From: an uncultured Candidatus Saccharibacteria bacterium
GTDB taxonomy: Bacteria; Patescibacteriota; Minisyncoccia; Phycocordibacterales; UBA918
Length of the DNA stretch: 64,000 nucleotides
Reading direction: 5' to 3'
NCBI GenBank assembly: GCA_964353135.1
Contig: CAYGTV010000001.1
Location: forward strand, 87,138-151,137
Shown: piece by piece, positions 31,693 to 40,908 of the stretch
How the letters are laid out: the number at the start of each line of letters is the position of its first letter
Numbering within the stretch: position 1 is the first letter of the stretch
Program-made: the position numbers and the translations under genes
Notes under the pieces: model-generated
Told to the model about the DNA's origin: nothing
Databases searched by the model: none
The model's input: the letters and a program-made list of their open reading frames with translations, nothing else

Positions 31693-32331
31693 ATGGCTAT
31701 TCTAAAAGTTAACCCAACCCGAATTGCATTACTTGGACTCAAGAAAGAGCTCAAGACAGCCAAAAAGGGTCACAAACTACTCAAAGACAAGCGAGACGGA
31801 CTCGTGAAGAAATTCATGGCGGTTATTTATGAAGCCAAAGCAGTTCGTGAGAGCGTCGAAGCGCGCCTTGGTTCTGCGTTTGATTCATACACCCGAGCGA
31901 GCGCAATGACCAACGCAGCGTCACTTGATACGGCATTTTTGGCACCCAACGCCAAGATCGACCTAGACGTGAAAATTAAAAACGTGATGTCAGTGAAAAT
32001 TCCTGAGTTCCAAATCACTAAATCAGGGTCAGCCTTTTCGTACGGGATGCTTGAAACAACCGGTGACCTCGACAACGCAATGGTTAAATTTGATGAAGTA
32101 TTTGTCGACATTCTGAAATTAGCAGAGTTAGAAAAAACGGCTGAAAATTTAGCTGAAGAAATCGAAAAAACCCGGCGACGTGTGTCAGCGCTCGAAAACG
32201 TCCGTATCCCGAACTTTGAAGAGACAATTAAGTTCATCACCATGCAGTTGGATGAGCGCAACCGTGACGCTGTCGTTTCAACTATGCGAGTTAAGTCCAT
32301 GATTGTAGCTAAAGAAGAACAAACAGCTTAA
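31693..32331 (+). CDS. V/A-type ATPase subunit D
   Basis: NPTR..L, GHKLLKDKRD and EIEKTRRRVSALE. Confidence 0.95.
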   Translation: MAILKVNPTRIALLGLKKELKTAKKGHKLLKDKRDGLVKKFMAVIYEAKAVRESVEARLGSAFDSYTRASAMTNAASLDTAFLAPNAKIDLDVKIKNVMSVKIPEFQITKSGSAFSYGMLETTGDLDNAMVKFDEVFVDILKLAELEKTAENLAEEIEKTRRRVSALENVRIPNFEETIKFITMQLDERNRDAVVSTMRVKSMIVAKEEQTA

Positions 32332-32461
32332 ATCTGGCGAATCTGTACCCGCTTCGTGAATCGGCCGGCGTCACCGTACAGCCGTACGACTCCTTGTCCA
32401 ATTCACTGCGCCGAGCACACCTTCATCCAGATTAAAGCTGTTTGTAACAAGAGGAGTAAGT

Positions 32462-32552
32462 AAAACAACCCACCTAAAGTTAGAGACAGAAACCAGACTT
32501 TGCAGCTTGTAGCGCAACTGCAATATTGCTCTAACTTTAGGTGGGTTGTTTT
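32462..32552. repeat. 91-bp element bounded by a perfect 24-bp inverted repeat (MITE-like or long hairpin)
   Basis: AAAACAACCCACCTAAAGTTAGAG (32462-32485) and CTCTAACTTTAGGTGGGTTGTTTT (32529-32552). Confidence 0.85.
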
Positions 32553-32717
32553 TATATAAGAAAACCTCGCGCGATATACGGAGCCTTCATGCGTTTTTTT
32601 TATTTGCAATAAAAAAACCGCTGGTAAAACCATGCGGATTTGTAGTGTGAGAAGTTTTGCCAAGGTGTTCCTCTCACCCTTTGTCGGCAGCAGCTTTCCG
32701 CTGCCGACATTACTGAT

Positions 32718-33335
32718 TCAGACCTCTACATTGGAGCCGTAACCCAACTTTTGCAAGAAGTTTTGAGGAAGCGACAGAGGATCAGTGTCCTCCATCTCTT
32801 CCTCGTAGCGCATCTGCGCCCAGTCTCTCCAGTTAGACCGCGGGTCCAGACGGGAGAGCTCAACAGTGAGCTCCTTAATGACGGGAAGGGTAGCTAAATA
32901 GCTATCCGTCCCGTAATCGTCGTTTTGGAAGAATGCCTCAGCGGCATCTTCCTGTGACTGGCACCACAACAGGTGTGGCCGATTGGTTTCGTAGGTCAAG
33001 TCGGTCACCTCCCAATATGGTGTCCAATCATACCCCCAAGCCAGCCGGCGGTATTTTAGGAAGTGATCCATGATCACCTCCCGATCACCGTTGATTTGAA
33101 CCTGGATACCCAAGGGGTATCCTTTTCCTCCTCTTTCACTGATCTCGATTTTCATCGAAGCATCTTTGACAGACACCTCGATGTTTTTGATCAGCTCCCA
33201 AGTTTTCGGGGGCTCGTTACCGATGTAGGGCTTGGTATAGTCGACCAGAGCGCGAATCTCTGGCGACAGCTCCAAGGCTGTCTCAATGAGAGTCGAAATT
33301 AGATCTTCGTCGGTTGTTTTAAAGAACGTTTGCAT
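32718..33335 (-). CDS. Hypothetical protein (orphan)
   Basis: AAAGGAG SD before MQTFFK; 205 aa. Confidence 0.7.
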   Translation of the reverse strand: MQTFFKTTDEDLISTLIETALELSPEIRALVDYTKPYIGNEPPKTWELIKNIEVSVKDASMKIEISERGGKGYPLGIQVQINGDREVIMDHFLKYRRLAWGYDWTPYWEVTDLTYETNRPHLLWCQSQEDAAEAFFQNDDYGTDSYLATLPVIKELTVELSRLDPRSNWRDWAQMRYEEEMEDTDPLSLPQNFLQKLGYGSNVEV

Positions 33336-33485
33336 CGTTTTCTCCTTTGGGTTTGGTTGTCTGGGGAGACTCCCCAATGGAGCTTTGTTTCTATGGACCA
33401 CTGACTAGAGTCAGAAACAAAGTGCTGTGTCTCTATAAGAAAGCTGCGGCGACTGCTGCAGTGCATGACACAAGTTAGTATTTAT

Positions 33486-33513
33486 ATTATACATAAAAAC
33501 ACTAAAAAGTCAA
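33486..33513 (-). promoter_or_regulatory. Sigma70-type promoter
   Basis: TTGACT-16 nt-TATAAT on the minus strand. Confidence 0.7.
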
Positions 33514-33547
33514 TAAAACCGCCTAGCGTTAGCCAGGCGGTTTTATT
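33512..33547. terminator. Intrinsic terminator
   Basis: AATAAAACCGCCT...AGGCGGTTTTATT. Confidence 0.75.
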
Positions 33548-33567
33548 GTTTTGTTTAACTAGGGGAA

Positions 33568-34329
33568 CTAGTTAGTAGTGGTTGCTTCTAGTTCTGCTTC
33601 ACTAGATACTTCGGCGTTGGCACCTAGGTCAATTGCTGCATCGAAGGTATCCATAGAATCACCCATGTCTGAGTCCATATCATCCATTTCAGACTCGGTT
33701 GTCTCGTCAGTTGTAGTTGCTTCTTCGTCAGTCATTTCACCTTCGTCAGTTCCAGTTTCTGCATCTACGTCTAGATTAGCTTCAGCAGTAGTGTCTGCTG
33801 CAAAATCAACTTGAGCGTCTAGTTCTGGGTCTGCTTCGTACTCTGGTACTGAATCAACCACAGTTTCTTCAACGTCACTGATGACGTCAGCTACAGTTTC
33901 GTTTAGGGTTCGGTTCGGTCGGTATGAACCACCTCGACGTAAAACTTCCGCTGCCACCACAGTATCATTAGCGTTAGCTTCAACTATTGCGAGAGTATTT
34001 TGATAAGTAACCAAAATATTTTTTAGTCGGTCCAATCCTTCTGCCAGTTGTGTTCGCTGGGAAGGTGTTAGTTCAGCTTTTTCAGACTGTGTAGAGGCTT
34101 CGTTAATCGCGTTGAGGCGAGTAACAATTCGGACTTTAGCGGCTGTGGCGTCTGCTTCTGAAAGTGTTCCAGCTGATACTTGTGCATCGAGCGTCACTAG
34201 TTCGTTTTCTAGTTCAGTAATTTCTGCATCAACGTCTGCTACGTAATTATAGGTATTGCTCGCAGTGAGCAGGAACCATCCAGCAGCAATCGCTGCCACG
34301 ACAAGTAGGGCAATAATAATTTTATTCAT
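33568..34329 (-). CDS. Membrane-anchored coiled-coil protein with acidic low-complexity tail
   Basis: N-terminal TM, helical middle, D/E/T-rich C-terminus. Confidence 0.75.
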   Translation of the reverse strand: MNKIIIALLVVAAIAAGWFLLTASNTYNYVADVDAEITELENELVTLDAQVSAGTLSEADATAAKVRIVTRLNAINEASTQSEKAELTPSQRTQLAEGLDRLKNILVTYQNTLAIVEANANDTVVAAEVLRRGGSYRPNRTLNETVADVISDVEETVVDSVPEYEADPELDAQVDFAADTTAEANLDVDAETGTDEGEMTDEEATTTDETTESEMDDMDSDMGDSMDTFDAAIDLGANAEVSSEAELEATTTN

Positions 34330-34518
34330 AGGTATGTTTTTAGTTTAGGTTTGTGTGTTGCGTAATAAACCTCTTCTTCTACTGTACGCCTGCTTGTCGC
34401 AGATGTATATACGATTGGAGTGACTCGCTGCTGTATATGACGTTGGGGAGGGGAGAAACTTACTGACAAACAAAAAACCCCGCACAAAGCGCGGGGCTCT
34501 TGCGGGGCGCGGGGTCGA

Positions 34519-34833
34519 TCATAGATAAATCTCTATGATGTCAAATATTATATAGGGTTCGCGCCCAGTGTTCTCGGCTACATGTGTGCCGTCGGACCAA
34601 TAACATTTGAGGCCATTGGTTATTGTTGGAGGTTCGTCCCCTCCGAATTTCCAAGATTCAAACGCTCCACACTGTGGACAGGAATGAGCCTCATCATAAC
34701 TACATTCTCCTGTCTCCCCATCAGCACAAGCGTTTGTGTGTTCCCAAACAGTCTCGCAATCGGGACACTTATGTTTGTGAAATCGCTTGCCTGAGCATCC
34801 GACGTTAGAATTTCCGATTTCGAATTTGCTCAT
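34519..34833 (-). CDS. Cys/His-rich putative zinc-ribbon protein (orphan)
   Basis: HKCPDC...HSCPQC; GGAGG SD; terminator at about 34473-34500. Confidence 0.65.
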   Translation of the reverse strand: MSKFEIGNSNVGCSGKRFHKHKCPDCETVWEHTNACADGETGECSYDEAHSCPQCGAFESWKFGGDEPPTITNGLKCYWSDGTHVAENTGREPYIIFDIIEIYL

Positions 34834-34900
34834 TTCAACTTAACCTCCGTACTAATCGGTCCATTTTATAACCTATTGATAAATTTAAGTCAAGTAAACA

Positions 34901-34934
34901 AAAAGCCCCGACACTGAGAAGTGACGGGGCTTTC
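34901..34934. terminator. Intrinsic terminator
   Basis: AAAGCCCCG.CACT...AGTG.CGGGGCTTT. Confidence 0.7.
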
Positions 34935-34953
34935 TTTGGGTTGAGCTGAAACT

Positions 34954-35091
34954 TTACTTGTTCAGCTCAGGAAAATTTGCTGAAAGATCAAACCATGCTG
35001 TTGTGTCGATGCTTGAAAGTCCAAAGAGGACAATCGCTGCAAGCGAGATCTGCATGATGATGAGGGTGTGCGAGGAGCTGAGGTTGAACAT
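34954..35091 (-). CDS. Putative 45-aa single-TM small protein
   Basis: MFNLSSSHTLIIMQISLAAIVLFGLSSIDTTAWFDLSANFPELNK; AAAGGA SD, consensus promoter, downstream terminator. Confidence 0.6.
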   Translation of the reverse strand: MFNLSSSHTLIIMQISLAAIVLFGLSSIDTTAWFDLSANFPELNK

Positions 35092-35135
35092 GAGAGCGGT
35101 CCTTTTCTGAAAGTGTCCAGTGCTTATTGATTAGA

Positions 35136-35163
35136 ATTATACATTAAATATAAGTTTTGTCAA
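35136..35163 (-). promoter_or_regulatory. Consensus sigma70 promoter
   Basis: TTGACA-16 nt-TATAAT on the minus strand. Confidence 0.75.
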
Positions 35164-35166
35164 CCA

Positions 35167-36030
35167 CTAACCAAAACTCTGGCTTGCGACGAGTCTCCCG
35201 GTTGTAATATCAAAAAGTGCCACACCAAGTTGTTCGGTTTTGGCGGTTTGCTGTAGTTGTTGCTGGGTGAACTGTAAAGCAGCGGTAGCAAAAGCATCAG
35301 CATCGGCCGCGGTCACTGCTTTTATAAACGTGGCGTCACTGGTGAGTTGGTCAGATACAATATGGTTGTGAGTTCCGGTAGCGTTTTTCCAGACCCGCTT
35401 GTGGGGGCTCGAGGCTGCGAAGCCTTGATTGAGGAGGGTGGTTTTGGCGATTCCAGTTCCTGGTTTGATTGGGTGCTCGAGGAAAATAGTAATTGGTTCA
35501 CCGGCATTGTGAGTGACGTACATGTCACCACCTCCATTAATTAAAAATTGCTCTAGGTTCAGTGTCTGCTGTAGTTCCTTTGCAATCAGATCAATCAGAT
35601 AGCCCTTACCAAATCCACCAAGATCAACGTTGCCGTGTTTGAGCTCAATCAACTCGGAAGTGATTGTAAGGTCTGTGATCGGATTTCCGGCTGTTTGCGT
35701 AGTTTCGTTAGCACTGAAGCTATAGTCAGCGTCATAGCCCTTAGACTCTAGAATATGACCTGTCAGAAGGTTGAAATAGGTGTCCGAGCGAAGGTATAAG
35801 TGCTTGCCATATTCGAGGAGTTGTACAAATTCTGGAGAGGGATTTTGAAAACTCCTTTCACGATTCAGGATAGAAATTTGTGAGTCGGATTGAAACCTAG
35901 AATACTTTTTCTCATAAGCTGACGCAAAAACCTCGACGAAGTTTGTAACTTCGTCGAGGTTTTTGCTTGAGAGGTTTTCAAATAGTTCAATCCACCACGT
36001 GGTACCAAGAGCCTCAAATGAAAACTTCAT
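35167..36030 (-). CDS. apbE: FAD:protein FMN transferase
   Basis: ALGT, SRF..DS.IS.LN, VDLGGFGKGY, INGGGD and ADAFATA. Confidence 0.92.
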   Translation of the reverse strand: MKFSFEALGTTWWIELFENLSSKNLDEVTNFVEVFASAYEKKYSRFQSDSQISILNRERSFQNPSPEFVQLLEYGKHLYLRSDTYFNLLTGHILESKGYDADYSFSANETTQTAGNPITDLTITSELIELKHGNVDLGGFGKGYLIDLIAKELQQTLNLEQFLINGGGDMYVTHNAGEPITIFLEHPIKPGTGIAKTTLLNQGFAASSPHKRVWKNATGTHNHIVSDQLTSDATFIKAVTAADADAFATAALQFTQQQLQQTAKTEQLGVALFDITTGRLVASQSFG

Positions 36031-36036
36031 CACGGG

Positions 36037-36579
36037 TTAGAGTTGGGCTCGGATCTCGGCGACAGCTTCGTTAAAAGCATTTGAGGTAAGTGATGCTCCG
36101 CCTACTCGTGAAAGTTCAATAGTATTGACGTCTTTTCCAATTACTTCTGCTGCGTATGCATTGTCAAAACTACTGTGCTGGGGAGTTCCAGCTGCACCCC
36201 CGTCGTAGGTGACATTAGCATCAACAATAGTTGTTCCGTCTAGTTCAAGCGTTACCCCGATGTCGTGCTCAACACGACGAGGAGTAAAGTATGAAGCTTC
36301 TGCTACATAACTCTCGCTTGGAGCCGCTACTGCTTCTGGTGTTACAGTCTCATCGATCATAATATCTGACTCAGCCTCGATTGTGGCAGAATCAGCACCT
36401 GGAGTTAGTGAAGGTGGCTGTTCGGTCGGTGGGGTGTAACCTTCGGGTAGAGTGTTTTCAGTGTCGGCTTCAATGCGAGCTGTTTCTTCTAATACAGCGG
36501 GTGCTTCAACTGGTTCTCGGAATAATAGTAGTGCTCCAGCAGCGACCACGATAATAACAAAAGCGATAATATACGGCAT
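36037..36579 (-). CDS. Membrane-anchored FMN-binding domain protein (ApbE substrate)
   Basis: N-terminal TM; C-terminal LSRVGGASLTSNAFNEAV matches the FMN_bind (S/T)GA(S/T).TS motif with a GGAS variant. Confidence 0.8.
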   Translation of the reverse strand: MPYIIAFVIIVVAAGALLLFREPVEAPAVLEETARIEADTENTLPEGYTPPTEQPPSLTPGADSATIEAESDIMIDETVTPEAVAAPSESYVAEASYFTPRRVEHDIGVTLELDGTTIVDANVTYDGGAAGTPQHSSFDNAYAAEVIGKDVNTIELSRVGGASLTSNAFNEAVAEIRAQL

Positions 36580-36624
36580 AAATAAATGGAATTACAATTT
36601 AAAAAGTTTATACTAGTATAAAGT

Positions 36625-38220
36625 ATGATCACAAACATTTCCAGGACAATCTCTTATATCTTTGCACTACCTAACCGTCTGACTGACAAAGTCGGTATGT
36701 ATCGGCTGGTGACGTTATCTTTACTGTTTATTCTAGGCTGCTCGTTGCTCGCGAGTGCGACCGGTCAGTTGTTTTACTCAGTTGGGGCTCAGCTGGTGTC
36801 CGTTTCACTCGCGGTGGGTATCGCACTCGCTCTCAATGTGTTGTGTGCAAAAGTATGGCATGTGCACGCTAACCACGAGTCAGCTGTAATCACTGGTTTG
36901 ATTCTGTTTTTCTTGGTGGGCCCAAAAGTGTCGCTCGAAGCAAATATTGCCCTGATGGCAGCGGTCGCCATTGCGGTGCTTTCTAAATTTCTAATCACGT
37001 ATCGCAAGCAACATATATTTAACGCCGCTGCGTTTGGAGCGGTCGCTGTCGCGGCTGGGGTGTGGGTCTACAACGTATTTTCAGGATCATCGTATAACAC
37101 CGATATCTTTGGTTGGTGGGTTGCCAATCCAGTCTTGTTCTGGCCGGTCTTGTTGCTGGGTATTTTGATAGTTTCAAAAATCCGCCGCTGGGCAATGGTT
37201 GGGTCTTTTATCGTTGTTGGTTTACTAGTGTTTTTGATTGAAGAATATCGGTTTGGTGCCCTTGCCTGGGAATCATTCCCACTGTATCTAGTGTCATATC
37301 CAACGTTGTTCTTGGCATTCTTTATGCTGACAGAACCGTTTACCATGCCGCCTCGCACCAGGCATCAGGTCATGTACGGCGCCCTGGTTGGGGTACTTTC
37401 AAGTACGGCGCTGTTCGCTCCGTGGTTGGCGATGACACCTGAGTTAGCGTTGATTATGGGTAACACATTTGCGTATACCTTTAGGATTAGACGAAAGCTA
37501 TTTCTCAAGCTGCAATCAAAACGAGAGATTGCCACCAACACCTGGGAATTCACATTTTCAAAACCGGCTGATTTTAACTTTGAGGCCGGGCAGTACGTCG
37601 AGTGGATGCTCCCACATCAGAAAACTGACACTCGAGGCCCTCGGCGCTATTTCACCATCGCTTCCAGTCCAACTGAGTCAGTCATTAGATTGGCATTGAA
37701 AGTGGTTCCAAGCTCTAGTGATATGCGTAGTAGTACTTACAAACAAGCCTTACTAAACTTAGATGAAGGCGAAGAGATTATTGTAAGTCAACTGGCGGGC
37801 GATTTTGTCCTACCAAAAGACACTAGCACTAAACTAGGCTTTATTGCCGGAGGAATAGGAGTCACACCGTTCTCGAGTCATTTGTCTTGGATGAAGGATA
37901 GCGGTCGTCACTACGACACTCGCTTGTACTACTGTTGCAACACCATGTCAGAATTGGCTTTCCTAGATGAGTTTGAAAAAATGAGTGACAGCATGCCGGT
38001 GGTTACAATCCCTGTCATTGCTAAAGAAGAAGTGAATCCACCAAACGAACGAGGGTTTCTAGCCGCTGAAATGTTAGCCAGAAGAACTCCTGATTTTAAA
38101 CAGCGAACCTGGTATATCTCTGGTCCACCCGGCATGGTCAACGCGTACAAAAAACTCCTCCGCGAAGCTGGCGTTCCAAAGAAGCAAATTCACACTGACT
38201 TCTTCCCAGGACTTGCGTAA
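36625..38220 (+). CDS. RnfD/NqrB-like membrane domain fused to FNR-type FAD/NAD(P)H oxidoreductase
   Basis: KQHIFNAA and FFMLTEPFT.P (RnfD/NqrB); RYFTIASSP, IAGGIGVTPF, YISGPPGMV and DFF (FNR family). Confidence 0.88.
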   Translation: MITNISRTISYIFALPNRLTDKVGMYRLVTLSLLFILGCSLLASATGQLFYSVGAQLVSVSLAVGIALALNVLCAKVWHVHANHESAVITGLILFFLVGPKVSLEANIALMAAVAIAVLSKFLITYRKQHIFNAAAFGAVAVAAGVWVYNVFSGSSYNTDIFGWWVANPVLFWPVLLLGILIVSKIRRWAMVGSFIVVGLLVFLIEEYRFGALAWESFPLYLVSYPTLFLAFFMLTEPFTMPPRTRHQVMYGALVGVLSSTALFAPWLAMTPELALIMGNTFAYTFRIRRKLFLKLQSKREIATNTWEFTFSKPADFNFEAGQYVEWMLPHQKTDTRGPRRYFTIASSPTESVIRLALKVVPSSSDMRSSTYKQALLNLDEGEEIIVSQLAGDFVLPKDTSTKLGFIAGGIGVTPFSSHLSWMKDSGRHYDTRLYYCCNTMSELAFLDEFEKMSDSMPVVTIPVIAKEEVNPPNERGFLAAEMLARRTPDFKQRTWYISGPPGMVNAYKKLLREAGVPKKQIHTDFFPGLA

Positions 38221-38456
38221 CTCCAGTTAAATCGTTTTTCTCTGAGAAACATTTGTTACTTTCAAAGGAGACTGGTCATGCCAGATGATGATCCACTACT
38301 AAGAACAATCAGCGACTCAATGGCTTGCATATTTCGACGGCAAAAGCGAAAGAGCTTTATTGTTGATTGAAATGTGGGAAAAGGATCTCATTTCTGAAGG
38401 GCTGTCTCGAGAAGAGATATATCGCCACTAATCCAAATTGGTGGCGATAAAAACTA

Positions 38457-39125
38457 TTACCACGCGATCGGATTGATCGCGTGGTTTTGTAAATACTTAT
38501 TACACTGCGAGAAATGTTTGCAGCCAAAAAAGCCTCGATGAGCAGATAGGGGAGAAGGGTGTGGGGCGGTGAGGATGAGGTGTTTTGATTCGTCGATCAG
38601 GTTGGCTTTATCTTGGGCGAATTTACCCCAGAGTAAAAACACTACATGTTCTTGCTCGTCTGAGACCGTTTTGATGATTTGATCAGTAAACTGCTCCCAG
38701 CCTTTGCCTTGGTGGCTTCCGGCGTTAGCGGCTTCAACCGTTAGGGTAGCGTTAAGTAACAGGACACCCTGTATAGACCAATGCTCTAGGTTGCCATTGT
38801 CAGGGATTGGTTGGCCGAGGTCGTCAGCGATTTCTTTGTAGATATTTTGCAACGACGGAGGGATTTTTACGCCATCGGGCACGCTAAAAGATAAGCCCAT
38901 GGCCTGACCTGGTCCGTGATAGGGGTCTTGGCCGAGGATGACGACCTTGGCAGTATCGAGTGGACATAATTGAAGGGCGTTAAAAACTAGCGGGGCAGGT
39001 GGATAGATTGGTGGCTCATTGATCAAATACGACGCGTTGACGTCGAGTGTGAGCGCTTGCCAGTAGTCTTTAGTTGTTTCGCTCTGGAGATAAGTTTTCC
39101 ACTCTTCCGGTAATTCAGGAATCAT
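38457..39125 (-). CDS. ung: Uracil-DNA glycosylase (family 1)
   Basis: VVILGQDPYH, GVLLLN and HPSPLS. Confidence 0.97.
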   Translation of the reverse strand: MIPELPEEWKTYLQSETTKDYWQALTLDVNASYLINEPPIYPPAPLVFNALQLCPLDTAKVVILGQDPYHGPGQAMGLSFSVPDGVKIPPSLQNIYKEIADDLGQPIPDNGNLEHWSIQGVLLLNATLTVEAANAGSHQGKGWEQFTDQIIKTVSDEQEHVVFLLWGKFAQDKANLIDESKHLILTAPHPSPLSAHRGFFGCKHFSQCNKYLQNHAINPIAW

Positions 39126-39155
39126 TATGTACATTATAGCGGTACACTTATAGAT

Positions 39156-39377
39156 ATGCGAGAAGCTCGATTTCGAAGTATTATCAAAGCCCTCACCTGG
39201 CGAGTGATTGCCACCTGTACAACAATGGCGTTGGTGTACTTTGCTACACGTGACTTGGAAGTAATGGGGGCGGTTGGGGCGGCTGATGTTTTGATCAAAC
39301 TATTTTTCTATTATTGTCACGAACGAGCCTGGGGGCGGATACCGTGGGGGAGAAATGTGCATTTTGGTAAACAATAA
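39156..39377 (+). CDS. DUF2061-like membrane protein
   Basis: RSIIKALTWR...YYCHERAW. Confidence 0.85.
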   Translation: MREARFRSIIKALTWRVIATCTTMALVYFATRDLEVMGAVGAADVLIKLFFYYCHERAWGRIPWGRNVHFGKQ

Positions 39378-39382
39378 CAAGT

Positions 39383-39769
39383 ATGTGGTTGCGTTTGTAT
39401 TCAGTAACGATCTTGGCTGCACTTACTCTACTATGTGTTTTTTTAGGATGGCTACTGCTCCTGCCTTTGCAGCCTGATTTGGTGTATGACTTGAGTGACA
39501 GACGGTTTGTATTGCTTAGTTATGTTGATTTTGTTTTCTTGATACTAGTTGCACTGACGATCGTACTGATTATTACTCGATCGTATTTTTACAACGCACT
39601 GCAAAGGATTAGCCTAGGAATGTTTGATCGTACCCTGTATCGACTGATGTTCAATCTGCCGTTGGTTCTCATTTGCTTGCTGTGCGCAGTAGTGCTTTTT
39701 GTAGTGTTTGCTGTATCACTTAGTCTCGGGATCGATTTCTCAAGCTACGATTGGCAGCCTGGACAATAG
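39383..39769 (+). CDS. Hypothetical 3-TM protein
   Basis: Hydrophobic ORF 5 nt after the DUF2061 gene. Confidence 0.6.
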   Translation: MWLRLYSVTILAALTLLCVFLGWLLLLPLQPDLVYDLSDRRFVLLSYVDFVFLILVALTIVLIITRSYFYNALQRISLGMFDRTLYRLMFNLPLVLICLLCAVVLFVVFAVSLSLGIDFSSYDWQPGQ

Positions 39770-40611
39770 TGTGTACCACGACCTGCGCAGCGGGTTTTTT
39801 TAATAATTTCACCACAGCGAGAACATGGTTTGCCCTGCTGTCCAAATACACGCAAGTAGTCGGTGAAATTTCCGTTGTCGCCGCCGGTGTCGACAAAGTG
39901 CTGAAAGGTGGTTCCGCCGACAGCGATTGATTCGCGCATGACATCTCCAGCGGCTTTACATAAAACCGCAGCTTCGGCCTTAGTAACTCTGTCAGCTCGA
40001 CGCATCGGGCGTACCTTGGCTCGCCACAGTGCTTCGTCCACATATATATTTCCCAGACCAGCGACAAATTTTTGATCGAGAAGAGCCGCTTTGACCGGTG
40101 TCTTTCGTTTCTTAAGTTTTTTGGTAAACCACTCACAATCAAACTCAGGATCAATTGGTTCTGGCCCAAAGCCGCTGCGGGCAACTGTAACCTCGGCAGC
40201 GGTTGCAAGTTTCGTGTACCCAAACAATCGCATGTCGTTAAAATAGAGGGTAGTGCGGTCAGTAAAATGAAATGCGACGCGCGAGTGTTTATGAGGGAAG
40301 TCACGACCGTCTGATTCTGACATTGAATGTCCTCCACCTGATATAGCGCCTGTGCTATCTACATAGAAAAACTGCCCAGTCATTTTCAGATGTGCAAGCA
40401 TAAACAGATCACTCTCATCTACGAATGAGAAAATCATCAATTTGCCAATTCGATCGATATTTTTGATTGTCTTGCCGCGCAGACGATCGTCGATCGTCTC
40501 GTCATGAGCGACAATTTTACTATGAAAAACTTCGACAGTGTCGATGGTTTTTCCGGTCACTTTTCGCACCAGTTGGAGACGAACAGTTTCAACTTCTGGG
40601 AGCTCAGGCAT
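39745..40611 (-). CDS. mutM: Formamidopyrimidine-DNA glycosylase
   Basis: MPELPEVE, HLKMTG, GLGNIYVDE and C-terminal zinc finger. Confidence 0.97.
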   Translation of the reverse strand: MPELPEVETVRLQLVRKVTGKTIDTVEVFHSKIVAHDETIDDRLRGKTIKNIDRIGKLMIFSFVDESDLFMLAHLKMTGQFFYVDSTGAISGGGHSMSESDGRDFPHKHSRVAFHFTDRTTLYFNDMRLFGYTKLATAAEVTVARSGFGPEPIDPEFDCEWFTKKLKKRKTPVKAALLDQKFVAGLGNIYVDEALWRAKVRPMRRADRVTKAEAAVLCKAAGDVMRESIAVGGTTFQHFVDTGGDNGNFTDYLRVFGQQGKPCSRCGEIIKKTRCAGRGTHYCPGCQS

Positions 40612-40682
40612 GTGGGTATCCTAGCAGAATTTACAGCTCCCTGAAATTGACAAAAACTAGTGATGTTCACTGAGCACTTTAG

Positions 40683-40844
40683 TGGGGATAATTCTGGGGA
40701 AAACCAGCGTATAACTCGGTGGGTAACCAAAGGACAAGTCGGGGAGTAATTGGGTACAACTGTCAAAACTGCGTATGATTAGAGAGGCTGTTCTGTGGCG
40801 TCAAACCATACAAAGCTATAATGTAGTCAAGTGACTTATACACA
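40683..40844. promoter_or_regulatory. Phased array of degenerate DnaA-box-like 9-mers plus one consensus box
   Basis: Seven TGGGGATAA-like units every 10-12 bp (40683-40759); TTATACACA at 40836-40844. Confidence 0.4.
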
Positions 40845-40908
40845 GTTATAGCCTTAAAAATAAGGCTATTTTAGCGATTTACGGGTTTTTTACATATAAT
40901 GTATAGGA

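Noticed and set aside
38278-38431. SD-led 30-aa ORF with a possible frameshifted continuation
   Set aside because: Too short and no recognisable homology; may be a decayed orphan but cannot be supported.
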